Shown: positions 12,301 to 26,550 of the stretch, in pieces
Layout: every line of letters begins with the position of its first letter
How positions within the stretch are numbered: position 1 is the first letter of the stretch
Origin: Balanoglossus misakiensis
Taxonomy: Eukaryota > Animalia > Hemichordata
Length of the DNA stretch: 64,000 bases
Assembly (NCBI GenBank): GCA_040954595.2
Contig: CM082578.2
Span: 6,371,519-6,435,518, forward strand
Direction: 5' to 3'
Translations under genes and position numbers: made by a program
The notes under the pieces: generated by a model
The model's input: only the letters and a program-made list of their open reading frames with translations
What the model was told of the DNA's origin: nothing
The model's database searches: none

Positions 12301-15300
12301 GAAAGTCAGAGTGTTCAGACTCTCGATTTCTGTTTTAATTGTCGTTCTGGAGGATTCCATCAAAATCGATTTCCGGCAACGGTAATCGATTTCGAGCGAC
12401 TGATCGCCGGTGATAAAGCACATGTGACTGAGGCTATCGGCCAACGACCGGCCTTCCTTGTCGTTGGACATTTCGGCCAGCAGCATGGCCATGCCGTCGG
12501 GGGTCTTGATAAGTTCCACCGCCGGTTTCTTGCCGATGGCTTCCCTGCCGAGTGGTGTTCTGGACGCCCAGGGCAAGTTTCTGTCGAAGCTAAGCCCCCT
12601 CGGCGTCGTCGTATCGAAGTACCAGTCGCCGTAGGGACTCATGAGGTCGTTGAGCGATTTTACTCCCATCCAGTGCAGGGGAGTCTCTTGCAAGCGGAGG
12701 ATCTTTATGTACATGTACGTCGTCAAGGCGCGGAAATATTTCTTGCACGTCGCAGAGTCACTTTCGACCAAGACGGCGAATTCTATTTCCGAGTACGGCG
12801 TTATTTCCTGCCTGGCAAGCGCTCCCAGTCCCACCACGGCGTAGTTGCACGGTGGCTCTCCCACGCCCTCCACGCATTCTTCGACCAGCGCCTGTAATAT
12901 GTTGCGCATCTTCTCCGCGACGTTCTGGTACACGCATCGCGTGGTCCTCACCCGCTTGGTCCTCTGCAACTTCTGCCACTCGTCGTCGCCCCCGGCGGTC
13001 GACGGGTCGCAGTTCAGTTTCAGGTCGTCGAGTTCTTTCTCGCACTCCTTGCGCAGTCGGTCCAGCAACATGAGGTAGCGCTGTTCCGATTCCTGAGACG
13101 ATGTAGCTTTGGCCGCTGTGTTCTGGGTGGTGACGCTCGCCAGGAAGGTGGCTTCGAGGCCCCTCAGACGTTTGTCGACGTTCCCCGCTATGGATTCCAG
13201 CTCCCTGTATTTTCTGATTCTGAAACCCGCCGCATTGTACAGGGCGGCCGCTTTGATGAAGTCCTTGCCGACTTTCGTAACCTTTGCCCTCTCCAGGTAG
13301 ACTCGGCCGAGCGACATAAGCAAATTGGTTTCTTTCTTGAGATACCCGAGGTGCAACTCGAGATGGGGTCTTTCTTGGTCTTCCTTCAAGATTCTTTCTT
13401 CTTCAGTTTGTCGGTGATCCTTGAGTTCCGCGGCAATCGCGGCTTCAATGTCTTTCAGGGGCACGCTAGTTTTACCGTCTGAAAGAAATAACATATTAAG
13501 AATATAAACTCCAGAACTATACATAGTCTAACTCATCCTAGAACAAACATGTAGATTTGGTCAGTTACAATAGAGTGGATGTTGCTTGTAAGGGTGAATG
13601 ATGTATGATGTCATACCAACAAAAGACCAGCATTTAAGGTCATCCAGGGGTCATGTAAGTGGCCATTTGGTGAGCGTACTCTTATTGTAGGAAGAGACAC
13701 GGTGTACATAATACGTGCCTACTAGAAGTATAACAAGACGACCTTTCTGGTTTCACCAACAAAAAACGCTGTCGTAAGGCTTCTTTGGAAATGGCGGTCG
13801 CCTTTAGTGAAATTAGGTTAACATGCTAAAGGTTCAGTCGCTAGCCCCGTCACGGTACATCAGTGAGCGAGGACATATCACATAAATGGCGATTCTTAAA
13901 ATTGAAAATCTTTTTATTGAAAAATAAAAATGCAAAAATGATTCGTGTACTGTGTATATGTATATTCTCTCTAAGCTTCCACCTTACGCTAATTAACCCC
14001 TCGAATGTTCGTAACTAGGAACTCTTTATATCGTTTTGTATATTGAAATGATAAATCAATTTTCTACTATTGTTCGCACCAGCTTTGTCCGATTCACGTG
14101 CGCCTGAAAGGCCTCCCGAGCGTTGTCATGACGACTCAACCAAACACGAGAGTGTCATTGTGCAGAGGAAGCACGTACGAATGGAAGTTCCACCTGGCAA
14201 GTACAAAAGTGTGAAAGGCCCTTGAATTTGTATCGCCGTAGAGTTGAGATAAAAACCGCTCACATTTAATGCATCGACAAATTCTGAAATCGTGGCTTTG
14301 TCATCTCAGCGGTTCGGTCATCAGAAAATATGCGCATTACTTGCGTCGTCGCGGCTTCCTAAATCAAAACGCACGCTACATTAACGACACACGCTTTCAA
14401 TTAATTAATCAAAACTCTACCTGCGTCAAACCCTTTCAAGCTAAATTGATAAAGAAGATCCACCATAGAAGACACTGCATCAAGGGCAAAGGTGGAACAA
14501 TATGTAACTAATCGCCCATGTATGATTTACCCAAAGGCAAAAAAAAATGCAGACGTAGTAGGACGGTACGTTGGAAATGAAATATCGCCCATGTATGATT
14601 TACCCAAAGGCAAAAAAAATGCAGACGTAGTAGGACGGTACGTTGGAAATGAAGAGAGACTTTTTCACTAAATAACTGTAAACTATATATAAGTACATGT
14701 ACCACACAGCTACCACTGTGTTCACGCGCTCCATAGCTGTTACTATTTGCCTATTTTTTCAGTATATTTTGTTCTGTGTATCATCTACACCGAAATATGA
14801 TTTAATACACAGTTTTGGACTTATCAACACAGCCAATGTATAATTATATACGGTCGGTATAGGTGTAGTCAACACGATGTTGAAAATTGATTTCACGTCA
14901 TCAAGTTTACTGCAAATGTCCCTTAAATCCTATAGTCTAAATACGTGATGAACAGGCCAATTTCTCGGAATAAATTACTTAGTCTGACATACCGACATGT
15001 CTTGTTGGCGGGCAGACAAAAGGTGTTTATTATGCTCACATATATCCACCTACCCTTTTTGCTTTTATTTTTCCTCTTTTTCGGTTTAAATCCCCTGAGC
15101 AGAGGAGGAGGAAGACGCCTCTCGATGAATTTGGGAATGGCTCTCTCGCTCCTGGCGTCCTTCTGCTGCAAAGCGCTGACGTCAGTGTTGGAGCCGTAGT
15201 AATCGGTCCCCCCGTAGAGGGTGCTCGTGTCCACGTCCGTTGTGCTCCCCAGTGCGTCGACCGTGCTGGGGGCGCCGTCTTCTGTGGCTGGCGACCGGAT

Positions 15301-15306
15301 ACTCAT
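9376..15306 (-). CDS. Nucleotidyltransferase-like (GlnD/DUF294-type) domain plus 14 TPR repeats, ~1451 aa, 2 coding exons
   Basis: Exon 15054-15306 (donor AAG G|GTAGG) joins in phase to the 4.1-kb exon 9376-13478 (acceptor TTTCAG|AC). NTase-like motif PPCNYAVVGLGALARQEITPYSEIEFAVLVE at ~12770-12856. Fourteen ~44-aa KLC/NPHP3-type TPRs (e.g. HPDVSASLSNLGNAWDALG) at ~9440-11290. Confidence 0.85.
14511..14653. repeat. Near-perfect tandem duplication of a ~72-bp unit
   Basis: atcgcccatgtatgatttacccaaaggcaaaaaaaatgcagacgtagtaggacggtacgttggaaatgaa occurs twice in succession. Confidence 0.9.
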
Positions 15307-16301
15307 CGTGCTGTTGTTGCCTGGCGACGGTATCTGGGTTGCGGAGAGACATAGAAATCATACATTAAAACGTTTGCAATTCGAGACATTTTATAATGAT
15401 TAAAGTATTAATATTTTATAGTAATAACCCAGCTTGTACTCATAAGTGTAATTGTGCTGCCCGCATGCCTATTTCCGAATGCAGTCAATTGTAGAAAAAC
15501 AGCATACAATTGCAAAAAATAAATCTTTCATGTTCGCTTGACTACTCCGTTGTCTATTATATTTTTTATGAACTTCGGGTATACATGTATTGTTTGAAAT
15601 ATTACCTGTATCCATGACAACTGCGATTTAGTATTCAATTGTCAATATATTTTTTAACGGGAAATGTTTGAAATTGTTGAATTTATTTGGTGGAAGACGG
15701 TAGGTGTAATGACGCATCGATAGATATAGGACTGAGAACAGAACGTTTTGTTGTTGGGAGAATTTTTAACGGATCATGGTCGCCATGTTCCATAATTGTG
15801 AATTCTAAATATTGACAAGTTAACCACAGACAGGTGAATGTAGATCCGTAATGAAAAGCGCTTTTTTCATTCAGCAAAAGATATAGAATTCTAAATACGC
15901 GTTAAAAAAACTAATGGGTTGTGTGTTGATGTTACCAACAACAACGCTGCTGTGTCAGGATGAAAAATGTTACCAATTTTCAACACTTAAAGTCGGTCTG
16001 TTTTTTCTTCTTCAAAACTGTGCTAAATTCTTTCATGAATTATAAAACAGCCGACAAAACAAACTGGGAAGAGCGCTTGTGTAAAGTTGACCCTCTTTCT
16101 TGATAACGAGGTTAGGCAGATGTTTATGAAGTATTAAGGCGCTTGTAAATATACATCACATTTGGACCCACTAGGACCCACACACAACAAACGGGTGATC
16201 AAGCGTAAACTGGCGGTTGAACAGTTTGTTTACTACAGAAAACTTGTACATGCGTGGTGTTTACGTTACATACACAGTCATTATGTGGGAAATGGGTACT
16301 T

Positions 16302-16416
16302 GAGTGAGTGAGTGAGAGGTGGGTGAGTGAGTGAGTGAGTGAGTGAGTGAGTGAGTCAGTGAGTCAATGGGAGAGAGAGAGAGGGAGAGAGAGAGAGAGA
16401 GACACACACACACACA
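16302..16416. repeat. Compound microsatellite (GTGA)n/(GA)n/(CA)n
   Basis: Directly visible simple repeats. Confidence 0.9.
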
Positions 16417-19400
16417 GAGGACAGAGAAAAGATAACATAGTACATGTAGTACTTATCACCCAGCCAGGTGCATTTAGCCTGGGCGCACACAAAGCACACG
16501 TTGAACTACGACCCAATCCCTTAATCCTGCACGTAATCCAGGGGCTAAGCGAGTGAGGAAATTAAAGTTTCACGCTCCGTCACATAGACTTATTGCAGAT
16601 TCCCGCCTAATTTTATTAGCTTCTGCTTGCGTCAGGTCTACGCTGCTGGAACGTGGCCGTTGCGCGGCATATTCGCTATTTTGGATATGCCCCGAGTCCC
16701 GGTGCGGTTGGGTTGTTATCTAAAGGTGTGACGTCAGGTAACCCAATTCGCGAGAAATTATAGCGGTTAATCGATACTGACCGCGGCATGCTGTTTACAA
16801 TTATGCTTGAAATGAGTTTAGTTGGCGAGAGAAATATTCGGATGAGCGAGCCTTGCCAAGTCCACCGGCGTTTGATTATAATCCCTAACGCCGAACTGTG
16901 GTTTCAACAATAGTGGTCACACACACCCGCGGACGGCCTTCAGCAACGGTACACATATACTAATCGCCAGGTGTTACACACACTGCATTTAGTGTCATGG
17001 TTTGCCAGGTGTTTATGGTGTTTACAGATTGTAGCGTTCTGTTATGTGCACAGTTTTTTTCGACACTGTGACTTTAATAAATCATCTTATACTGTCAAGG
17101 TTAAATGCCAAAAATGTCAGGGGCCACTGCAACGCCATATCAAAAAGTAATCAAACACCGAATACAAAGGCATTTCATATGTCAGTATATACCTTGCAAG
17201 TTCATATACTGTAGGCGTTATCAGTAAAGTGGATGAAGTCGTTGCGATGGAGATATGGGGAGAGAATAGACAGGGAGGCAGAAATATTACATGCAAAGCG
17301 AAATATTGCAAATAAATAATGATGAAATATTTCTAAAAATGACTGATGAATATTTGCTCAACGTTTTCATAACCGCACGCAGACAAGGTTGTGTCTTCCC
17401 ACATTCCTCAAATTACCTGTATCTCTGTTTGCACGTTAAGATTTTCAGTGGCAGAGTATAGTCCGTTTGCACTGTCGAGAGTCACTCTCGGCTTAAATCA
17501 CTGTTCGTGTTTGTCTGGGTTCGGATTACGAGTGGAATCCACTCTGCGTAATGGATGCGGGCATCGGCACCGGTAACTATACACTTTAGGGATTAATATT
17601 AAAGGCACAGCGCGCCCGCTAAGTAATAACAGTCAGCAGGAAAATAGTTGTGCAAAAACATGGTACCCGCCTTCCGTGTCGGTGACATTTCCTTTCGCGT
17701 AAACCACTCCGCTTCATTGTGAAAATGAATGGCGAAACGGCAATGGTGATCACAGACCACGGTCACAGACCAACTGCAGGTTACGAATTCTGCCTTTGCT
17801 TGCCGTGGCAGCTCGGTTCATTCGAAACAAGAGTATATACAATCTGCAATATTTTATAAGCACTACTTATCGTTCATAGTGTACCCATGCAGATTTACAC
17901 TTTTTCGGATACAATTTGATTTGAAAAGGTTGATCGACGTCGCTCAATAATTGAAAACGTGGACTTTCAAGTTTGCTGCTTTTCTATCTTCTCCTGTTGT
18001 CTGTGATCGATAAACAAAGTTTGTCCATGCACAATTTGCACATACGTATATGTGTGCTACTACACCTTGAAACGACAGGTCGAATTAATTGCAATCGGCT
18101 GTACTACTACAACTAATACTATAGGTTTTCACACATATTCAGTCCGGAACCGTTATTTTTTCCTGCATACCAAAATGTGTTGATCTCTAAATCGCTAGCG
18201 GTAATCAGTTATTTCTAACAATCACTGCAGCTAAGTCATTGTTTCCGCCTGAATAAGCACTCCAGCAAAGGAACTCGGTGAGCGTCACAGAGGGATCAGC
18301 GACGCCCATTCTTTCTGAACACAGAGATTCACCACGGAGAATGGGATAATAACGGGTTACATGAAACACGGTCTGGGGTGGAGGGTCACTCGTTACCAGG
18401 AGCTTGGCCCGAAAACACGGCGAAACAATAGAGCGTGTTGAAAAGGGCTGGCTGCGTGCGGGGGCATTTGTTCAGTTAAGATATTGCGAGCACGGTTGGT
18501 TAAGTGACTCGGCCGATGGTCTATTAAATAAGCCGCTGCGGAAAACCACCTCAGATGCGTACAATTTAACAATGGCTATTTAGGTTGAATTACCAGCGTC
18601 ATGCGTTGTGCGTCAGTAGCACTGCTCCGTCAGAATTAAATATTTATTTTCCGCTTGTAGTACTACTCGGCACCTCCACCAACAAACCAGGCATGCATGC
18701 CCAGGCAGGCGCCAATGATGGCACGCGTGTTATTTCTTTGGTCAACAGGAATGCTTCCATGACTAATACTGTTTTTTCTCTCTCTCGGTATTTTAATCTC
18801 AACGAGGATCAGATCATGCGGTTTATCCCGGGTTCACTGCAAATCTCGCGGTACACTGGGAGCTCTGTTCTCACGCGAAAGCTGGGCAACGGAGTCAAAT
18901 CCCCCGAGTCGAGCGTCTGTGTCAGTTTCCTGTCGCTCCGCATCCTCGACATCGAAATTGGTAAATGATCACGATCGGTAACACACCGGCAATTTAAGGG
19001 TCATATTATTATCTATTCAAATGTCAATGTAGCCACGCAACAGTCTAAGACTTCAGGTTAAAAAATGCAATAATATTTGTACAATATTTTTAACAGACAA
19101 ACTATATGATATCGCCATCCACATTTTATAAAATCCAAGTGTTTTCGTCATTTCCGAATTTATGCAATCATAGCAAGCAAATCAACAATTCCTGTGCAAA
19201 GACTCTTTATTGTAAACTCGAGAATTTTTAAGAATCTTGGACATTCACCGAATAAATATTAATCCTGTATATAACTGATTTTCTATTATCATATAACTGT
19301 TTGTGTTACAATAGAGGCTATAAATACAGCGAACGATGGACAAGCGCCTAATCTAGGTCCCTACAATACAATAAAATACACATATAAGATAGCGGTTCTC

Positions 19401-19880
19401 TGGGAAACACCACTCTGGGTCAATTATTTTCCGAATAACGCTCTTCAAATGCGAGCAAAGTTCAACCGTTTTCTGTTCGGGAGACTCGGTTGACAATGGC
19501 GACCATCAAACACTGTGCTATGAGCCGAGAATGCCCGCTGGAAACGGTGGGATTGTCAGCTCACTGGCGAACTCGAGAAGACACGACATTCAAGTGAACG
19601 CACCTTCGTCAAGAGACACCCCATTTTCAGAGCTCAGTGTAACGCGATTTACATTTGATTCGGTCACTGCAGGGTAACTCGATTATTTACGGTTTTTCGA
19701 ATATGACATCCGTGTATTGGCCTGATCCGGTGACTGAATTTCTCGCACTTTGTTTAGACGTATCGTGAGAAAGCAGTGTCGCTTTGTGTTAAGTTGGTAG
19801 ACAGCAACAATGAACGTTTTAGAATAAACTGTCGGTCAGGCATATCGGTGTTACACTGTGTGTGTGTGTTTTCGGCTTAC

Positions 19881-20280
19881 CTCACCTCTCCCGTTGTCAG
19901 ACAACGTTACCCGTGGGCTTCGAGACGGCCTCAGAAATCCCGGCTCGTCGCGACGTCACTCAACATTCTACTTCCGAGTCGGCCCAAAAGTCTGGAAAAA
20001 CAGGACGCGGTTTTGAAGCACGTAAACGGCGCATCCGGGCGTGCAGATTTCAGAACTAAATAGCAACAAGAAAGGGCTTCATTTAAATGCCTTTCTGCGC
20101 AATGTTGCTCCAACCTAGCGAAGTCAACAATTAACGTGCGCATGCGCACGGGGGGTCTGTCATACAGGTATGAACACGTACGTAGGTAGTGATGACATCT
20201 ATTATCGTGGACGTAACCAACCGAGACGGGTTCGTATATTTCCGTAACCTATTAAAAGACCTCACCGACAATGGCGGCAG
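19881..20280 (-). promoter_or_regulatory. Putative CpG-rich promoter and non-coding first exon of the NTase-TPR gene
   Basis: Minus-strand donor GAG|GTAAG at 19876-19883, perfect palindrome CGTGCGCATGCGCACG (NRF1-like) at 20135-20150, YY1-like AATGGCGGC at ~20270, CpG-dense context. Linkage to the gene is inferred. Confidence 0.35.
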
Positions 20281-23200
20281 TTCTCCCGCCGTATGTGAAA
20301 GACGCCGAAAATAAACCCGTCCAAAAATCTGACAAACGCCATTATTCAAAAAAATAACGAGACCACAAGGGGTTAGTTTAATCGTAAAATTTTATTGTGC
20401 CAAGTTACGTTTGCATAAAATATGCTAGATTGGGGGTCATCACAGGTCACGTTGAAGATGTATTGATAATCATCGTTCGATGCTAACACAATATTCAGCG
20501 TTGAACCTCTCGACATGATTTACGTGTGGTGGGCCCTAAGTAGTTGGTTAACGTGTTGGTTATAATGTTCTGTTGTTATTGTTAGCCTACTCTGTTGAGC
20601 GTGCTACCGGTATGTTTATCGCAGTTACTAAGGAGTTGAGTATCTACGGTAGCTAAGCGTTGCCAGCCAAATACCGAGAGATTGTCCCGTCGACGTAAAT
20701 TGTCCTTCTAGCATCGCAACGTTGCATCACTGTGTAAACCCGGCTAAGCCTGGTGGCAATGATAAACTGTTTGTTAATCAGGGTGCTTTTGACAATTGGA
20801 GCGCGGGTCTTTGGGCATTTACACCTTTACGTGAGATTGTATAACAGCGCGGGCCGGGGTTCACACGGTGTCAGCTCCGTGTACGTTAACACAGATTCCT
20901 GTGTGTCTAGGAATTTCTCTGCTTTGGCTAATACAGTACACACGAATACGCGTACACGAAGAAGTATGTTTCGCAAACAATAGAAAATGCCGATGTGATA
21001 TGTGATTTCAACGTTTCGCCATATTGTTAAGAAATGCATTTTGCATACAAAACCACATTTTTGATCCCTATCATTGTTTTATTTATTTATCGATGGGAGA
21101 TGAATGTAATACCTAGTGTGATTGATACTATATATATCGCGATAGTTATATGCATGGTAGATAGGTAGATTATAATAGTGGTACATTGTAGATAGATGCA
21201 AGCTATGTACACATGAGAATGAAGGCATGCAGAAAGTAGGACAAACGGACAAGCATGCAGACGGACGGACGGAGAAAAAATCTCTAATTCATTTGAAAGT
21301 GCTTGTTAATAGGTCATCAATTCCATTAGTGTAGTAGTACATGGTGCCATAATTTCTAATTTCAATTAATAGTTACGTATTAGCTAATAACTTTACGCCT
21401 GATGAGGTTTGTCAATACTATTGAGTGAGTATAGAAGGCCGATCGATCTGTCTGAGATAAATAGGGACTATAACATGTAATCAGCAAGTACAGGTGTAAT
21501 GGAAGATGTTCATCTGCATTAGAGCACTATTGATATGTAAATTACACTCGTCCTCGTGGACGTCTGCTAATTAACTCGTGAGAAACGGATGTGCGTGCGT
21601 CTGTGCTCAAACGAAGGAAACGAAAAAACGTTTTACCTTGTCTGCAGTATGAAACGTTCTGATCGAACAGTAGAAAGGAAAGAAACCCATGTCCTTTACG
21701 TGAATGACAATAAATAGAATCGGGACAACCTTGCCTAAATTAATTGCACAGAATTGAGAACATTAACTAATCGCTGAAAAACATTTCAAGAATTATTCAC
21801 TAAAAAACGCCGCTTCTACTACCAAGTGATGTTTTTGTTTCTTGGCGTTATAGCGGATGTTCATAAGTTGAACGAGTAATGCTATCGGCCGAAAGCCAAA
21901 CATGTTTAATTCACAGATAATATCAAAGCTCTAATCATGATGTCCACTGATTCCAGCAATATTAACCAACACGACAGATAGATGATACGATAGGCCCCTC
22001 TGACAATCTTTCTCGAATTTCACCATCTTGCGAGAAATGTTGCGAGCAATTCAGAAGCGTCGTGTTGACAGTTTACACAGCGTATATTTTCAGTAACTGT
22101 AGGCTACTAAAGGGCAGCTTCCCGACCTCACACTTCAAAAAATACATATGATGAAAAAAACACTAACCATGGTGACAGCTGGGCGTAAGAGCAAATTAAA
22201 ACTGAACGTAAGTAGAAAATTGTTTACAACGAACATGTCGAGAGTGTGAAAAATATTTTTAGGCTTAGGCCTAAGTTGAAACCCTAGTAGTCGGTCGTGT
22301 TTTTTAGCAACGGTGGATACTTTTTAATTGATTTTATCGAGTTGGTAAATATATACGTGTTATTATCACAAAGATCAGCATTACCCTGATTGGTAAACCT
22401 GGCGTGGCGTAGTGATAAGCGGACAGCGTCCATGTACAACCACCTGTTGATTTTGGCGGACCACTGCCTGCGCGCGCATTCATATATAAAGCTGTATGTC
22501 TCCATGGCAGATGTCATCGAGATCTATACATTTGTAATTAAAATTTACTTTATATAGCCTTATAGGTGGTAGTTTGTGATCTGAACTCAAGTCAAAATGT
22601 ACAAAAAACTTCTCTCATTCACATAAGTCTTAAGATTACGATAGCGCGACTCCACTGAATGCATGTGGTAAGAATTATAAGTTTTCTATCTGGGACTATT
22701 GTTTAAGAAGTCTTGTTTTAGAACAAAGACTTGTTTAAGAAATCTATAAAGCAATACCAAGATACCTTCTGATAAACACAATCTTAGATATATTTTGCTG
22801 CTCGGCACAGAAAACGACATATTGCCCATTTTGAAAAATGCCACGGTCACGGTCGTTTCATGACGCCCTGAAACTATTGCATTGTGTTGGTCATTATGTG
22901 CTGGTACGGCATAAAACCCACGAATGCCCTGGTGTCGATGGGGGCGCTGAAGTATAGTGTGACTGCCAGGGGGCAGTCATGCAATAATAACGAAACCACG
23001 TTATCATGCATGTGGACCAGTGATGCATGCATGATGTACTACAACATACAATTAAATTACTACCTGTCAACTCACAGAAAAGTTGAAATCTCACCAAAGG
23101 ATCAAAGTTTATTATCTCTAGCTAAAATTTGGGATTTTACATTACTGTAATAGGCCTAAGCATGAGATACCATGTCTTTAAAACTCTATGCTATCGCTCC

Positions 23201-26200
23201 AAATTTGACAAGGTTTTTATCAACATACAGAACAACAGAGAGCAAGGTTGGTGTTACCATAGACAGTAGAGGGGGGACGTCCAATCTGATTAACAGCCAA
23301 TGAGAATCCGCAAAGGTGAAGATCGAACCATCCCTACTTCTGATTGGGGGATGTCAAGTCCGCGGAATTAGAATATTACTGCGAAAATGGGGGAGGGGGG
23401 GGGGGTTATATCGAAAAATGTGACATACGAACACGAGGACTTTTATATTACGGTTAGTACCCAAAGTTCACAATGCCGGCGCGGCACCTTTGGTCTGTTG
23501 TGAAATAAACATAATTTGTTTCCATGGAATCAAAAGCTTAAGTTATGTATTTCATTTGGTAGTTCAAAAGATCACACTGCAGTATTAAGACAACGCGATT
23601 TAAGCGGTTGATCTATTCGCACTGCCAAGTCTAAATGCCGTGAAACCGCGTGACGCAAGAAATAATAAATGTCTAAGACAAACAAAATGAAATGTTACGT
23701 TGTAATGAAATAATTTTTAACAGTGAAACGTATTATAATATTATTCATAGTTTTGTGTCAGGCAATGGTCATAAATTTTCCCACGTTTAGCTCAGATACC
23801 TATGTTACTACGTTATCATTACTATACCAGTGGTCATGGATACCCGTCCGTAGGTTAAAACCACGAAGGAAAGAATGAAATTACGTACTGACGTATGACG
23901 TAACCAACGCCAGCAGGCTGAGTAACTGCGAAGTAATGTTTCATCCGCAACGTAGATGTTTCAGATTAATGGAGATTAAAGCTAAATACATATTACAGTT
24001 TTTTTTCTTTTCTCATATAATGTGTACAGAAAAAAAATGACGTCCCCAAACGTAACATTGGCTCGACTGAGACACACACACCCAAAACCGCCCAACCACC
24101 CACCCACCCACCACGCATGCACCAGTACACCGTTGTTGTAGATACGGCTGCGAGAAACCAACAATGTACGTGTCTCCCAGTTAATGGGAACTCTGTCTGG
24201 TTCGTGCATTCGGTTGCAAACGAGGCAGATCTGACGAGTGAAACGTGTACAATTGAAAGTTTTCGATGAATAGGCGAACGTGGGATCTCTCGACGAGAAT
24301 TGTTCTAACGTGCCACGACTTTACATCAAATATACACGTGACTTCGGGTGATTCAATTACGCTGCCCTTCTTCTGTGTACCAGCAACAGTGTCTTAAACA
24401 TTTTCGAAACAACAGATTTATGATCCATAGTAGATTGGCATCGTTGTCGGCTGAAGCTTTAATCCCAGACAGTATTGTTACGCAGATTACGCAAAAGACA
24501 GTGGTGAATTTAACATAAGAATTGTAGAGATATGGACGAATTTTCCAAAGTGACGCAAAGAAGAAAATAATGGACTTGCGATATTTTCGGAAGGTACTAG
24601 GTTCGCAGAAAATTATCTTGCGAACATCTCAATGTCCTTACTGGTAAAATCAACCCACCTGATAGGATCTATTACTTCAGTACGACAGTGTTGACATCCC
24701 CTTTTTAAACATTTAAAACGGAGAATTCTTTTTTTTTCTCGGCGTAAGGTGATCGCCAGGCCCCGCGGCGGAATTCACACGAGCAGATCGGTTATTGAAT
24801 TAACTTACTCTCCGGCCATTGCAATATATCCGATATATCAAAATGTGCTTATTGACTGAAACGACGGCTTTGTTCGGCCACTAAAGACTAAATTACGAAC
24901 AATGGCGGTATTACTTTTATAGGTACTGCATATACGACGTATCGCTCTCTTGGCTCTTTGTTGTCAAGACAATATCACAAAGTCAGCCGCGCTGAAATAA
25001 AATATTGTCGCCCAAAGCTATTCTTTAATTTTTACGTTTTTGAAATGCATATTTTCACTATGCAAATGGCATTGCCCCCACGTTCAGCCATAAAAATTGA
25101 CTTGAAAAGTAATTTTCGTGGTCTATATATATGCATATTTACGACTGTTATTGATGATGTTGGATCGGTTTAATATTGCAAAAATAGTACCCGTAGGAGG
25201 TACATCTACGTGTTTATGGCATGCATTGTGTTTTGCCGAAAAGTTCCCACACTTAATAGGTATATACGTACTGTCCGGCTGGTTCTCATTTTCACACCTG
25301 TTTCCCCAGAAGTGCGTCGCAATTTTTGAACCCATAGTGAGGGTTCGCTTATCGAAAATAGGACCAGGTTTTAGACATGTTTGTGTTTACTGCCAAAACG
25401 ACTTGATGCCGTGAGTTTAGAAGCCCAGCAAATTGGTTAATTGTTCTTGAGCAATTATAGATAATTAGCGAATTTAGATCGTTAATGAATTAAATGTGTT
25501 ACTAGTAAGTACAGTGTAATCACAAAGAGTGGCATGTGCATTTTCATTTATGACAATTATTTATGGTCTCACCGCACACGGTTCACATATTGATGTACAT
25601 GACCAGTCTCATGAATCGTCTATCCCTATACGAGTCTGCAAACTCTTCTTTCGTTTTTAGCATCGATGTCTTGCATTGAGTATAGACAAAAGTCCTGGTA
25701 TGTCCAAGTAGAGAGGGCGCACATTGTATCTGAAGAAGAAGGTTTGGGCCTAATATCACAAAGTTGGTTGAGAGGGGGTTACCACTCGCTAAAATGATTT
25801 AGAGCCTTTTCACAGGACAACGTGAAGTCTTGTCATTGAAAATACAACCTGGCAATGGTTGGTATTTGAATGACACGTACTAAGGGATAACTGGGAACCT
25901 TTTATTGAAATAGTCCCGCTGCAAAAATTATTTTTCAAAAAATGTTATCTGACAGAAAAGGGAAAGGAAAGCACACTCCTAGCAGTAAAAGTAAGTCGTT
26001 TATTGTTGAAACGCATACGCCGACAGTCCTCGGTTGCTATGAGCGCTTGGTCCGAAAATTTCATTCACCAGAATAGATAATCCTTGTTGATCAGTAACTT
26101 TAGGTTGCGCGTGCGCTTTACGCGTGAAATTTAATGGCACAGAGAATATTTGAAAGAGCTGATCATCTGCGATGTCGCTGCCAGTTAGCAGAAGCAAATA

Positions 26201-26550
26201 AGTTTACTCGAATACATAATTTCGTCATACATATACCTTATCATGATCACTCCATGACCGCGATTTTGGGCATGATAGTGACAAACGGTGTATTATGACG
26301 TCACAGACGGGAGGTGTCCTCTTGAACATGTTGAGGAGGGTCACTTCTCGCCCAATAAGAGGGCAAAGTCCCCTTTCGTTGTATTTCCATGTTAATACTC
26401 ACAGGCTTCGGCACAGCGGACATGATAACACTCTACTGGACATCTAGGTTCGGTTCATTTGGCGGGATACACGGATAAGCGGGATACACGGATAATCTGT
26501 AATAATTTTATTTCAACCGTGAGCGGCTCATTATATCGAATTTTCAGAAG

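Noticed and set aside
9454-12897. Long plus-strand ORFs (246, 413, 232 aa) opposite the NTase-TPR exon
   Set aside because: Antisense shadows of a GC3-rich coding exon; no recognisable domain.
13479-13524. ORF-track start MYSSGVYILNMLFLS
   Set aside because: Lies in intronic polypyrimidine/acceptor sequence; the in-phase upstream exon 15054-15306 gives a better start.
14511-14653. Possible CRISPR-like repeat
   Set aside because: Only two adjacent units with no spacers, in eukaryotic context; a simple tandem duplication.
17417-17574. Possible extra coding exon of the NTase-TPR gene (donor CAG|GTAAT)
   Set aside because: In-frame TGA shortly upstream and no ATG after it; at most a UTR exon.
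20400-26400. Short ORFs in the region between the NTase-TPR and SLATT genes
   Set aside because: No coherent exon chain, codon bias or recognisable domains; no tRNA or rRNA structure recognised.
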